From a virus (lineage: Duplodnaviria; Caudoviricetes), in IMG/VR virus record IMGVR_UViG_3300005512_000240, positions 1 through 28,812 of that record: a DNA stretch of 28,812 bases. One strand, 5' to 3'. Below the pieces are notes generated by a model. That model searched no databases and was not told the origin of the DNA. It was given only the letters and a program-made list of their open reading frames with translations. A program made the translations under genes and the position numbers. This document shows positions 1 to 8,880 of the stretch, piece after piece (within the stretch, counting starts at the first letter, position 1; each line of letters starts with the position of its first letter).

Positions 1-2
1 CG

Positions 3-338
3 GCTGACTTTATTTGCAAAGTGGAGGGCATTAACGGATCTCCAGATAGTTCAACTGATCTTGAGTCCCGATTGGATGTCATTGCAACCTTTCAAGTGCC
101 AGTGTCGTTTTGTCTTGACTCTGGGCAAATTAAAGAAGCACAAGCAGCACTTAACACCTATTACCTCGGTGATCCTGATTGCAACCGCCTGAATCCACAA
201 ACCATGCAGTACGAACCAAAGTATCCAGACAAGGAAACTGAAGAGTTTAAGAAAGCTGTGGGCGACATTAAAATGACTCGTGCTGTTTCTCTTACAGTGG
301 GGCTGGATCGCAAAGGCGGTTTGTCCGTTGTCAACTAA
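3..338 (+). CDS. hypothetical phage protein, probably 5'-truncated by the window edge
   Basis: Frame is open from position 3 (ADFICKVEG...) to TAA at 336-338; no recognisable motif. Confidence 0.6.
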   Translation, partial: ADFICKVEGINGSPDSSTDLESRLDVIATFQVPVSFCLDSGQIKEAQAALNTYYLGDPDCNRLNPQTMQYEPKYPDKETEEFKKAVGDIKMTRAVSLTVGLDRKGGLSVVN

Positions 339-350
339 AGCCTTTTATCA

Positions 351-509
351 ATGACCGACCAACCCAATCTTGAAACCCGCATTGAAAACCTTGAAGCACT
401 GGTTCACGAGATGCGCGTTGGCTATTTGCGAATGGCAAATGCCGTAGCAAATCAACTGCCTGATCGCACCAAATTCTTTGCAGACCTTCATCCTGATTCC
501 GATGACTAA
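351..509 (+). CDS. small hypothetical protein, 52 aa (not in ORF track)
   Basis: ATG 351 to TAA 507-509: MTDQPNLETRIENLEALVHEMRVGYLRMANAVANQLPDRTKFFADLHPDSDD; fills the gap and overlaps the next ATG (502). Confidence 0.65.
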   Translation: MTDQPNLETRIENLEALVHEMRVGYLRMANAVANQLPDRTKFFADLHPDSDD

Positions 510-732
510 AGTATCTCTCGCCGCGCAGAAGGTATTGGACGCAGTTTGCGCCAGCACCGAACCCGACTGCGACACCCAGCACTTAATCGCCGCCGCTCTT
601 CGTGCTGCTGCTGACCAGCTATTGGCTGTGCAGTGGAACGGGCAAATACCTGCCGATACAGTGCACCAGATCGGTATTAACTGGGCACGCGATGCACTGC
701 ACGTCCTTGCCAACGAACTAGAGGGCACATGA
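502..732 (+). CDS. small cyanophage-type hypothetical protein
   Basis: Likely start ATG 502; pattern SLAAQKVLDA...IAAALRAAAD...LANELEG recalls a common cyanophage small-protein family; ATGA overlap with next gene. Confidence 0.7.
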   Translation: MTKVSLAAQKVLDAVCASTEPDCDTQHLIAAALRAAADQLLAVQWNGQIPADTVHQIGINWARDALHVLANELEGT

Positions 733-1028
733 CTTACTTTGACTATTATTTCCGCCACTGTTGGATTGGTGGTTGGCGCCAGATTGCTAACACCTTTCGC
801 ATTTGGCGTGATCTAATGACGGGTAACTACGCGGACTATACCTTGCTGGAAGAAGATGATCCTTATGAAGAGTGTCTTGGTTGGTTTTGGGCTACCCTGG
901 GAATAGATGAAACTTTACCAAAAGCTTTCATTGAACATCTACAACAAATGGTTCAAGATATTCATGATGGCAAAGTGAAAACTTATCCTATAGATGAAGT
1001 TATTGCCAGGGTGAAAAAAGAATTATGA
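729..1028 (+). CDS. hypothetical protein (cyanophage-type)
   Basis: ATGA overlaps at both ends; DDPYEEC..WFW...DGKVKTYP pattern. Confidence 0.75.
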   Translation: MTYFDYYFRHCWIGGWRQIANTFRIWRDLMTGNYADYTLLEEDDPYEECLGWFWATLGIDETLPKAFIEHLQQMVQDIHDGKVKTYPIDEVIARVKKEL

Positions 1029-1558
1029 GCACTTTTGTTACAGCAGATCTTCACCTGGATCATGCCAAGATTCTTGACTTCGTTACGCCTGATGGTTCTT
1101 TGATGCGTCCATATTCTTGCATTGAAGAAATGCAGCAAGACCTCGAAGAACGATGGAACAAAACAGTTCATCGTCTTGACACTGTATATGTCCTGGGAGA
1201 CGTAGCCTTTTCTAAAACTGGCGTGCGAATGATGGAGCGGTTTAATGGAAAGAAAGTGCTAATTGCAGGCAATCATGACCGAAACAACGCCAAACTTTAT
1301 CTTCAGTATTTCGATGACGTGCGAGGAGCTTATTTTCACCAAGGCGATTCAACAATGCGAGGAGGACTTATCTTCACTCACGTTCCCGTACATCCATCTT
1401 GCCTGTCTGGCCATTACCGAGGCAACGTACACGGCCATCTCCATTGTAATTTAATTATTGACAACGAGCAAGTGGATAAGAGATATTTCAATGCCTGCGT
1501 GGAGCGCAATAGTTTCACACCTGTAGCACTTGACACTATTAAAGACTATTTCAAATAG
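1025..1558 (+). CDS. calcineurin-like metallophosphoesterase
   Basis: Motifs DLH, LGD, GNHD, THVP and HGHLH in canonical order. Confidence 0.92.
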   Translation: MSTFVTADLHLDHAKILDFVTPDGSLMRPYSCIEEMQQDLEERWNKTVHRLDTVYVLGDVAFSKTGVRMMERFNGKKVLIAGNHDRNNAKLYLQYFDDVRGAYFHQGDSTMRGGLIFTHVPVHPSCLSGHYRGNVHGHLHCNLIIDNEQVDKRYFNACVERNSFTPVALDTIKDYFK

Positions 1559-1569
1559 GCAAAAAAACA

Positions 1570-1830
1570 ATGACTGACAAAGAAGCATTGAATGAATTTC
1601 TAAGAGGTGCAGCTATCCCCATTGGAATTTTTGTATTATTTATTTTGTTTATTGCATTTATAAGTACACCAGAATCACCCCAGAATGGGGTGGAGTCACC
1701 CAAGTTTGGGGTGGTGGATCAGTATAAAAACTGCGAAGTAATCCGATGGACAGATCCTTCCAGTCGTTGGCACTATTTTCTTAACTGCACTCAATCAAGA
1801 ACAAACGAGGCAGCCAACGCAAGTATGTAA
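1570..1830 (+). CDS. small membrane-anchored protein
   Basis: Hydrophobic stretch AAIPIGIFVLFILFIAFI, then FGVVDQYKNCEVIRW...YFLNC. Confidence 0.75.
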   Translation: MTDKEALNEFLRGAAIPIGIFVLFILFIAFISTPESPQNGVESPKFGVVDQYKNCEVIRWTDPSSRWHYFLNCTQSRTNEAANASM

Positions 1831-1935
1831 AAGTCTTGTGGGATGGATGCGAGACACCTAGTGACCACGAGCAGATGCGTTTGTGCCTGATCACGGAACT
1901 CGCCGACCAAACAGAGTATTTTCTTTTGTAATTAA

Positions 1936-2217
1936 ATGAACGCCCGACAGCTGACACCCTTCCTGACACACAGATCTAAAGAAACTTCAGTTTGTACACT
2001 CACCATCTTCCTTTATGTAGCCGAAAGTCAGAACGGAGTGTATCAAAACAAGATACACAAACTATTTCCTATCACCAAGCCAGCCGCAGGCAGGCACATT
2101 CAAATGTTGGTAGATATGGCTTTGGTCAAGAAGGAACCAGCACCTGACGATCCGAGACTGAACAAACTGTTCTTGACTCCAAGCGGCGAAAGTTTATACG
2201 CCGAGACGATGGCTTAA
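1936..2217 (+). CDS. MarR-like winged-helix DNA-binding protein
   Basis: ITKPAAGRHIQMLVDMALV recognition helix plus DDPRLNKLFLTPSG wing typical of MarR. Confidence 0.8.
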   Translation: MNARQLTPFLTHRSKETSVCTLTIFLYVAESQNGVYQNKIHKLFPITKPAAGRHIQMLVDMALVKKEPAPDDPRLNKLFLTPSGESLYAETMA

Positions 2218-2258
2218 TGCTTATATGCTGTTATTATTAAGCCAGTTTTGTGTCGGCT

Positions 2259-2780
2259 ATGTCAGTTCTCTCAGACAGGGAAATCCATAAGCTATGTCGA
2301 GAAGGAATGATTCAGCCTTATGAAGAAGAACTGTTGAACCCGGCCAGTCTCGATGTGAGACTCGGTGAGACAGTCATGATTGAACTTGCTTACCAAACAC
2401 CACTTAAGAAAATGGACATCAACAATTACACAAAAGACAATCCGTTTTACTTAATTCCTGACGAGTTTATCTTGGCTCACACAGTCGAAACCTTCGACAT
2501 ACCTGACGACATCTCTGCTCAGTTCGCTCTGAAAAGTTCGTTAGCTAGAGAAGGACTGGAACACCTCATGGCAGGCTGGATCGACCCTGGCTTTAATAAC
2601 AGTGTACTGACACTAGAGCTGAAGAACGCTAGGAGGTACCACGAGATCGCGCTATGGCCTGGCATGAAAATCGGGCAGATTATATTCCATACAATGAGCT
2701 CTGTGCCCATGGAAAGCTATAGAGTAACTGGCAGGTATAACAATTGCGACTCTGTTAAAGCTTCGGCGGGTATCCTTTAA
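2259..2780 (+). CDS. dcd: dCTP deaminase
   Basis: LSDREI start, NPASLDVRLG, KSSLAREGL, GWIDPGF, LELKN, KIGQIIF; start moved to ATG 2259. Confidence 0.93.
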   Translation: MSVLSDREIHKLCREGMIQPYEEELLNPASLDVRLGETVMIELAYQTPLKKMDINNYTKDNPFYLIPDEFILAHTVETFDIPDDISAQFALKSSLAREGLEHLMAGWIDPGFNNSVLTLELKNARRYHEIALWPGMKIGQIIFHTMSSVPMESYRVTGRYNNCDSVKASAGIL

Positions 2781-2880
2781 TAAGGATTTCTGTTATTAAA
2801 CGTTTATTAGTTTCCCTTTTATTAACACTCACACAAATTTAAAATGTATAAACAACGCGAACCTTTGTTAAACTTTCAGT

Positions 2881-2905
2881 TATGTATAAAAACTTTTTAT
2901 ACATA
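2881..2905. repeat. perfect 12-bp inverted repeat (operator-like)
   Basis: TATGTATAAAAA-C-TTTTTATACATA in an AT-rich intergenic region. Confidence 0.85.
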
Positions 2906-2951
2906 CAGAGTTGAGATCAGATGTGCTCAAAGATACATTGTTGCAAACCAG

Positions 2952-2980
2952 TTGACACGATGCCCTCCGTGATGTAACTT
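2952..2980 (+). promoter_or_regulatory. sigma70-type promoter
   Basis: TTGACA (2952-2957), 17-nt spacer, TAACTT (2975-2980), 54 nt upstream of ATG 3035. Confidence 0.75.
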
Positions 2981-3034
2981 CTTAGGAGCGGCGGCACCGA
3001 GCCCTAACGTGGTGCGACACCTCACATCACTTCT

Positions 3035-3457
3035 ATGCCCAACATCATCACACTCACCGATCTCGCCCACACGGCTGCTGGCTGCTGGGATGAATGCGAT
3101 CATGCTCTCACCGCTCTCAACGAATCATATGGCGCACCGTACGAAGCGTCGCGCACCAACCTCACCAAAGACTTGATCATCGCAGAGTCTGAGGGTCTCG
3201 ATCTGTCTGTCTTCAGCGGAAAGGAATCACCCTTCCGCTTTGAAGATCTTAAAGTCAACATCGCTGTTAAGATCTATCGTAAGCCGAGTGAGCACCCCAA
3301 GCTCGAAGCAATCGATGCAAAGATTGCAAAGGCTGAGCAAGATCTCAAGGTCCTCAAATCTAAGCGTAAAGCATTGATTGAAGAGCTTGAGATCCGAAAC
3401 CAAATTCATCAGCAAACCGACAAAATCGTTCCCGCTTTCACCCGGATTAAGAAATGA
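3035..3457 (+). CDS. hypothetical protein with C-terminal coiled coil; first gene of the MoxR-VWA cluster
   Basis: 140-aa ORF with ATGA overlap into the next gene; helical stretch LEAIDAKIAKAEQDLKVLKSKRKALIEEL. Confidence 0.8.
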   Translation: MPNIITLTDLAHTAAGCWDECDHALTALNESYGAPYEASRTNLTKDLIIAESEGLDLSVFSGKESPFRFEDLKVNIAVKIYRKPSEHPKLEAIDAKIAKAEQDLKVLKSKRKALIEELEIRNQIHQQTDKIVPAFTRIKK

Positions 3458-4656
3458 ACGTCTTTCTCCTCTCCGTCTCTGTCTCAGCCAATGTGCGGCA
3501 GAGTACTCAGATCAAAATGGAAGACCTAAAACTTCCAAGGAGTGTCATTGAAACTCTTGAAGAACAACAGAGCGTTTCTGTGCGCCCTAATTTGTCTGGC
3601 AAGCTTAAGGAATTCCTGAGCGAGCTGCGCTTGATGCAACGTCAGCTCTATGACGAATGTACAATCCATCGTGGCGATGCACACTTTCTCCACCCCGATA
3701 ATTTCGATGATGCTATGCAACGCATCAAAGAAATCCGCTCGAAGGCAACTGAACTAAACGAGAAGCTTTGTACTCTTTGGGTTCACGAATATGAGAAGTG
3801 GCAAAGCACTGTCTCTAACTTTATAGATCCTCTCTTCAGTGATGAGATGGATCGAGCCATCGTGAAGGAAGCTTACTTGAAACTCTTTCCCACGCAAGAT
3901 GAGTTCAAGGCTCCGATCAATGTCTTCGTTGTCGGACCGTGTCCGGTCGATCTCGAAATAGCTGAGTCCGCCGAAGACCATTCACTGTCAGGTCGTATCG
4001 CTCAAGCTAGTGCCATCAACACCGCTGAGGTACTAGAAGCGGCACAAGCATCTGCTGCCGACCGTGCGTTGGAGAAAGCTGCTGAGCTGCTTGACGATCT
4101 GGATGTCCGCGTCAGCTCGAAAGTCGGAGAGCGACAGCTAGGATCGTCCAAGCGCCGTGGCTCGTGGGAGATTGCTGCCCAACAACTTAAGTTGATCAGT
4201 AAGCACTGCCCCGGCTTTGAAAATACAACAAAGCTTCTTGACGAGCTCTTGGACGTAGGCTTGACGATGAAAGGATCGATCAACCCTAAGCAACGCGACG
4301 CTGCTTTCAACCGCTATACCGATCTCAAAGCAGAAATTCGTCAAGAGCTAGAAAGTATCGTAGAACGCAGAGAATCATCTGAAGGTCTTGATACACTGCG
4401 TAAGTCCCTTGCACTTTCAGGTACCTATAAAGATCTTATCTCCGCGATCAACACAGCAGACAATGAGGAGCAGCTCAATGAGCTCAATGCCAAACTTAAT
4501 ACTGAAGTTGCAGTCATGGCTCAACGGACACGACACCTTAAGCAGCTCTTCGAAAAGAGGAGCGAGCTCGTCCACGCGGCAAACCGTTCACTCGATGATC
4601 AAATCGAGGAAGTACGAGAGCTCAACGTCGAATCAGAGGAGGACTGCGACTTCTAA
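3454..4656 (+). CDS. DUF3150-like coiled-coil protein
   Basis: 400 aa; N-terminal pattern (EDLKL..., AHFLHPDNFDDAMQRIKEI...EYEKW, FPTQDEF) resembles DUF3150 from memory; adjacent to AAA/VWA genes; CDS is secure, family call is tentative. Confidence 0.6.
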   Translation: MNVFLLSVSVSANVRQSTQIKMEDLKLPRSVIETLEEQQSVSVRPNLSGKLKEFLSELRLMQRQLYDECTIHRGDAHFLHPDNFDDAMQRIKEIRSKATELNEKLCTLWVHEYEKWQSTVSNFIDPLFSDEMDRAIVKEAYLKLFPTQDEFKAPINVFVVGPCPVDLEIAESAEDHSLSGRIAQASAINTAEVLEAAQASAADRALEKAAELLDDLDVRVSSKVGERQLGSSKRRGSWEIAAQQLKLISKHCPGFENTTKLLDELLDVGLTMKGSINPKQRDAAFNRYTDLKAEIRQELESIVERRESSEGLDTLRKSLALSGTYKDLISAINTADNEEQLNELNAKLNTEVAVMAQRTRHLKQLFEKRSELVHAANRSLDDQIEEVRELNVESEEDCDF

Positions 4657-4749
4657 AATTCAAATCCTACAGGCTGCGGGTTCTCTACGAGGACCCTACA
4701 CACGGCCATCACAGAACATCCTCAAGCGTACACTAAACTTTCTTTTCAA

Positions 4750-5934
4750 ATGAATACCGCTCTCTTCAAAAATTTCCAAGCTTTTCGCGCCTCACTTAAT
4801 GAAGCATTCCTAGAACGCGAAGCTATTGTCGACGGATTACTTGCAAGCCTAATCACTAAACAAAATGCTTTTCTCTTCGGAGTTCCTGGTACTGGCAAGT
4901 CTGAACTTGTTCGCGCAGTTTCTAACGGCTTCAATGGCTCCCAGTTCTTTGGATACCTGCTTTCCCCAACCACCGATCCCTCCGAACTCTTCGGACCTGT
5001 CGCTGTAACTAAACTGCTCAAAGATGAGTACACACGTGATGTAACTGGGTATCTTCCATCTAGTAACATCGCTTTCCTTGACGAACTCTTTCGCGGCAGC
5101 TCTGCGGTCTTGAATTCTCTGCTTACTATTCTGAACGAACGTTTGTTCAATAACGGCAAGGATCAAATCAAGACACCGATTCAATCCATAGTCGCTGCGA
5201 CCAACAGCTTTCCTCAGGAAGAAGCACTGCAGGCTTTCTGCGACCGCTTCCTCTTCAGGCCCACGGTGCCTTTGCTCCAAAAACCAGTCTCTAAAAAGAT
5301 TCTGGATCAGTGGGCTCTCGGATTAACAAAACGTCCTGCCGTACAATCCGAGCTCACCTACCACGACCTTGGCACACTCCAAATCGCAGCACTCGAAGTC
5401 ACAGCCTCCGAACACTTCCTGGAAGCATTCAGTCAAGTGATCGATGTACTCGCTTCTCGTGGCATCGTGATCAGCGACCGCCGCCGTGTTCAAATTCTTA
5501 AGTTCTTGCGTGGCTGGGCAATCGTACAAGGTGAGCAAGAAATTGTTCCAGAATTCCTGCACGATACTCTGAAGCACATTGTTTACCAAACTCCTGACGA
5601 CATTCAAGTCATCAATGAAGTCCTGGAGCAGTGTGTGCCCACCGCAGACAAGCTGGTAAAACAAATGGGTCGTGCTATGAGTGGAATCATGACTGAGGTT
5701 CACTCTATCCTTTCCAAGAAGGCTGACAACCTCAGTGATCTAAATGGCATTGTAGAAAAACTTCGTAAGTCCCACGCGGACTTACAGAAGCTTGATGAGA
5801 AGAGTGACAAAATGCTAGAAGGTAAACAGTACCGCATTACAGCTAAAACCAGAACGAGTATAATTAAGTTGTCACAAGAACTTGAGACTAACCAGCAGAC
5901 AATCGCCAAAGCAATCTCCGGGTACACAAAATGA
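4750..5934 (+). CDS. MoxR-family AAA+ ATPase, RavA-like
   Basis: Walker A GVPGTGKS, PSELFGP, Walker B AFLDE, LNSLLTILNER, VAATN, DRF, ISDRR. Confidence 0.93.
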   Translation: MNTALFKNFQAFRASLNEAFLEREAIVDGLLASLITKQNAFLFGVPGTGKSELVRAVSNGFNGSQFFGYLLSPTTDPSELFGPVAVTKLLKDEYTRDVTGYLPSSNIAFLDELFRGSSAVLNSLLTILNERLFNNGKDQIKTPIQSIVAATNSFPQEEALQAFCDRFLFRPTVPLLQKPVSKKILDQWALGLTKRPAVQSELTYHDLGTLQIAALEVTASEHFLEAFSQVIDVLASRGIVISDRRRVQILKFLRGWAIVQGEQEIVPEFLHDTLKHIVYQTPDDIQVINEVLEQCVPTADKLVKQMGRAMSGIMTEVHSILSKKADNLSDLNGIVEKLRKSHADLQKLDEKSDKMLEGKQYRITAKTRTSIIKLSQELETNQQTIAKAISGYTK

Positions 5935-7484
5935 ACAACCACATTCAAACTCAAAACGAACTTGTCCGACTTGCTGATCACGAACCACTCGTACTTATTG
6001 TCAGCCCATTAAGCGATTTCCTTTGGGATGATTTTGTTCGCGACACATCGCCGCGAGTGAACTACCTAATGGATCGATACGATATTCGCCAGTTGTCGCG
6101 CTTTGGTAAAGAGCTCTTCGAGCATCTGTATCGGGGCGAGGATATAACCACGCTGGTTTCGCTGGAAGAAGCGGAGCAGTATTTTCGTGCAAAGCAAAAC
6201 GGGGGAGATCCAGCCTTCCCCTCTGGCTATAAACCAGAGAATGCTTTCTGGACAGGGTTGATGAACGACATCGTCAACTCACCAGCGTGGTCCTTCCTTG
6301 AGCAACGGTGTGTCGGTGACCAATTCGCATCCGGTAACAACGCAGTCGTTATCCTCAACAAACTCTCTGAGATCATCGAGATACAAATCGAGGAGAAGCA
6401 AATCGATGCTGAGGCGATTGCCAACGGAGGCGACAAATTAAAAGAGATTCGTGAGAAGTATGTCGAAGCTAAGAAAGCTGGCGACGACGCCAAGGCTGCC
6501 GAGCTTCGCAAGCAAGGCAAGGCTTTAGCGCAACAACTGGAGCAGCAGCTCCAAGATGCTCGCGAAAAGATGAGCCCGCAGATCTCACGGGCAATGGACA
6601 AGGCCCAGAAAGAATCTGAGAATTTAGACGAGGCAATGGAGAACCTGGCAGGCGACGCAGCTGGGCAGGGTCGTCATTCGCAGGATCTAGCAGAGAAGCA
6701 AAGTCTTGCAAGAAAGCTGCGTCAGAACAAGAAACTTATGGAGCTAGCCAGGCGACTCGGTGCGCTTCGGCGAGCATGGAACAACCGTAAGCGAGCTCGC
6801 ATGAGCCACGCCAACTACAGCGGGATCGTGGGCGCACGCTTCAGTGACGCGGTGACGCAAGCTTTCCCCGCAGAGCTAGCCCTCGCCGCAACGGACCAGG
6901 GCCGCGCACTATTTGCTCTCAAGTACTCTCAGAAAACAATCCTCACCAAAGACTATGAAGCCCCTACTAAGAATCTCGATCGCGGTCCTATCATCATTTA
7001 TGTTGATGTCTCTGGTTCTATGAATGGTGAATCAGAACTCTGGAGCAAAGCTATCGCATTCGTAGTAACGGAGGAAGCAATTAAACAAAAGCGAGAAGTT
7101 GAAATCGTTTTGTTTGATTCATATATTCAAGACTCATTCAAAATCAAACCAGATTCAAGCAACAAACAGGATCTGCTTAAGTTTGTTCTGACCTGGACTA
7201 CCCACGGTGGGACCTCTTTCGTTACGGTCATCAACCACCTTCTTAACAAAACCGACCTGGATAAAAAAGCTGATGTTCTGATGATTACTGACGGCCACGC
7301 CAACGTTCCGGATGCTTACGTCCAACGCCTCAAGCGTTTCAAGAACGAGGTAAGTCTTGATTGGAACACATTCTGCATTGGCAAAGTATCAACAACAGTA
7401 GAGTCATTTTCAGATTCAGTGCACACGGTAGACACTAACGACGATCCTAAATCTTCGGATTTGTTTCAAAACGTTCTTATGTGA
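5931..7484 (+). CDS. VWA-domain protein, ViaA-like
   Basis: C-terminal MIDAS DVSGS...GGT...ITDG after a long helical region; ATGA overlap with the ATPase. Confidence 0.9.
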   Translation: MNNHIQTQNELVRLADHEPLVLIVSPLSDFLWDDFVRDTSPRVNYLMDRYDIRQLSRFGKELFEHLYRGEDITTLVSLEEAEQYFRAKQNGGDPAFPSGYKPENAFWTGLMNDIVNSPAWSFLEQRCVGDQFASGNNAVVILNKLSEIIEIQIEEKQIDAEAIANGGDKLKEIREKYVEAKKAGDDAKAAELRKQGKALAQQLEQQLQDAREKMSPQISRAMDKAQKESENLDEAMENLAGDAAGQGRHSQDLAEKQSLARKLRQNKKLMELARRLGALRRAWNNRKRARMSHANYSGIVGARFSDAVTQAFPAELALAATDQGRALFALKYSQKTILTKDYEAPTKNLDRGPIIIYVDVSGSMNGESELWSKAIAFVVTEEAIKQKREVEIVLFDSYIQDSFKIKPDSSNKQDLLKFVLTWTTHGGTSFVTVINHLLNKTDLDKKADVLMITDGHANVPDAYVQRLKRFKNEVSLDWNTFCIGKVSTTVESFSDSVHTVDTNDDPKSSDLFQNVLM

Positions 7485-7543
7485 TCTAGGACACAGCTGG
7501 ATCACTACTGTCTATCTAGTGTGCACCCGAGCTTCTAGTTCTC

Positions 7544-7960
7544 ATGGCACACACTCTAATAAAAAAAGATCTTGAAGAAGTTGAACAGATAATTAAGAGC
7601 TACAACCTAAAACAAGAACACAGCTCGTTGCTCGAATGGTTGTTCGACATTATTAAAAACGAATTCACACAAAACTACCAAAACCTACAGCAACCACTCA
7701 CATATGAATACACCGATGCAAAAATAACTTGGCTCCCAGTCATCGAGTATTTCAACGTTAACTTCTACTCGACTGGTTCCACAGAGGTAGGGATCCCGAT
7801 GAGTGCCGTTCTTAAAGATCTGTACTCATGCAGACGGATATCGGAAATCACTCAGCACCTTAGGCTCGATGATCGAGACTATGCTCAGATTGCAGCGGTA
7901 GTGAAAAGTGAAATCGACACTGGAAAGGAACTCCTGAGTGACGCATTGTTCGATCTCTGA
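7544..7960 (+). CDS. hypothetical protein
   Basis: 138-aa ORF with ATG start; TAGTGT hexamer 21 nt upstream. Confidence 0.75.
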   Translation: MAHTLIKKDLEEVEQIIKSYNLKQEHSSLLEWLFDIIKNEFTQNYQNLQQPLTYEYTDAKITWLPVIEYFNVNFYSTGSTEVGIPMSAVLKDLYSCRRISEITQHLRLDDRDYAQIAAVVKSEIDTGKELLSDALFDL

Positions 7961-8041
7961 CAAAAATCTTAAGAAATTACAAAAGAGCCTCCGCATCAGA
8001 TCAACACCCGATACATTGCAAGAGTCTTCAATCTTCAAGAC

Positions 8042-8839
8042 ATGAACCTTCAATTTGCACTCGGCGACACTGTTCTGGACAAGTCAGAGGTCAGTTCTCT
8101 GCTTACGGCCACTGGGCAGGACACCACTTTCCACATCGACATTGCAAAGCACATCGACGTCAAGACGCTAGACGCTCAGAAGCTCTTCACCCTGAGCGTT
8201 GAGAAGAAAGACCCGGCCCTTGCCGCCTTGGCTTCAAAGCTTGCAATCAGTGGCTTCAAAGCAAAGCGCAGCTACAAGCGCAGTGAAGCTAATGTGATTA
8301 GCAGCACAACAGTGATTCCGATTGAACCCGAACAGCTTCTAGAAAAGTTGGTGACGGATAAGTCCCTGAAAAACTTGGGAGCTGCAATGATTCTCGATGC
8401 TCTTTATGAAGGCCCCGATCCTGAGTTAACGCTGCGCCAAATCGCGACAACGCAAGTAAATAAACTCGGGACTGGCTCGCAAGTATCGAGGATGTCCGAT
8501 GTATTTCGCGGTTTTAAACAGAAAAACAATTTCTACGGTTGGGAGCCCGTCACGTCTACTAAAGTCGAGCGGTCGCAGCGCTACCACGCATCGCCTGTGT
8601 ATACCGCTCTGCGCGATGGCTTGGCGATGCTGACAAAGTTTGGGATGGTCAACGTAAGGGAAACTGTTTCGTTCGGTGGGCAATCAGTCGACAATCCCAG
8701 CGCAGCAGTTCTGCAGCGCAAAGTCTATGAAATCTCACTGACTCCCGACGGTAGGGAGCTTGCGGATATGTGGGGCGATGTCGAGTCTTACATCGCTCAC
8801 GGCTGGAACAAGCGGATGCTCGCTAAACTCGCCGCTTGA
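8042..8839 (+). CDS. winged-helix (PadR-like) DNA-binding protein with N-terminal extension
   Basis: AMILDAL...LTLRQIA, VYTALRDGLAMLTKFGMV, RKVYEISLTPDGRELA match PadR-like wHTH elements. Confidence 0.6.
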   Translation: MNLQFALGDTVLDKSEVSSLLTATGQDTTFHIDIAKHIDVKTLDAQKLFTLSVEKKDPALAALASKLAISGFKAKRSYKRSEANVISSTTVIPIEPEQLLEKLVTDKSLKNLGAAMILDALYEGPDPELTLRQIATTQVNKLGTGSQVSRMSDVFRGFKQKNNFYGWEPVTSTKVERSQRYHASPVYTALRDGLAMLTKFGMVNVRETVSFGGQSVDNPSAAVLQRKVYEISLTPDGRELADMWGDVESYIAHGWNKRMLAKLAA

Positions 8840-8850
8840 CCTAAACTATC

Positions 8851-8880
8851 GGGGCGTCCTAGTTTCGGCGCCTTTTTTTT
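8851..8880 (+). terminator. intrinsic-terminator-like hairpin plus T8
   Basis: GGCGTC-ctagtttc-GGCGCC stem (one G-U pair) followed by 8 T that end immediately before ATG 8881. Confidence 0.55.

Noticed and set aside
2884-2937. NtcA boxes (GTA-N13-TAC in the palindrome; GTG-N8-TAC at 2923-2936)
   Set aside because: The first has the wrong spacing; the second has a mismatch and no -10 at the usual ~22-nt distance
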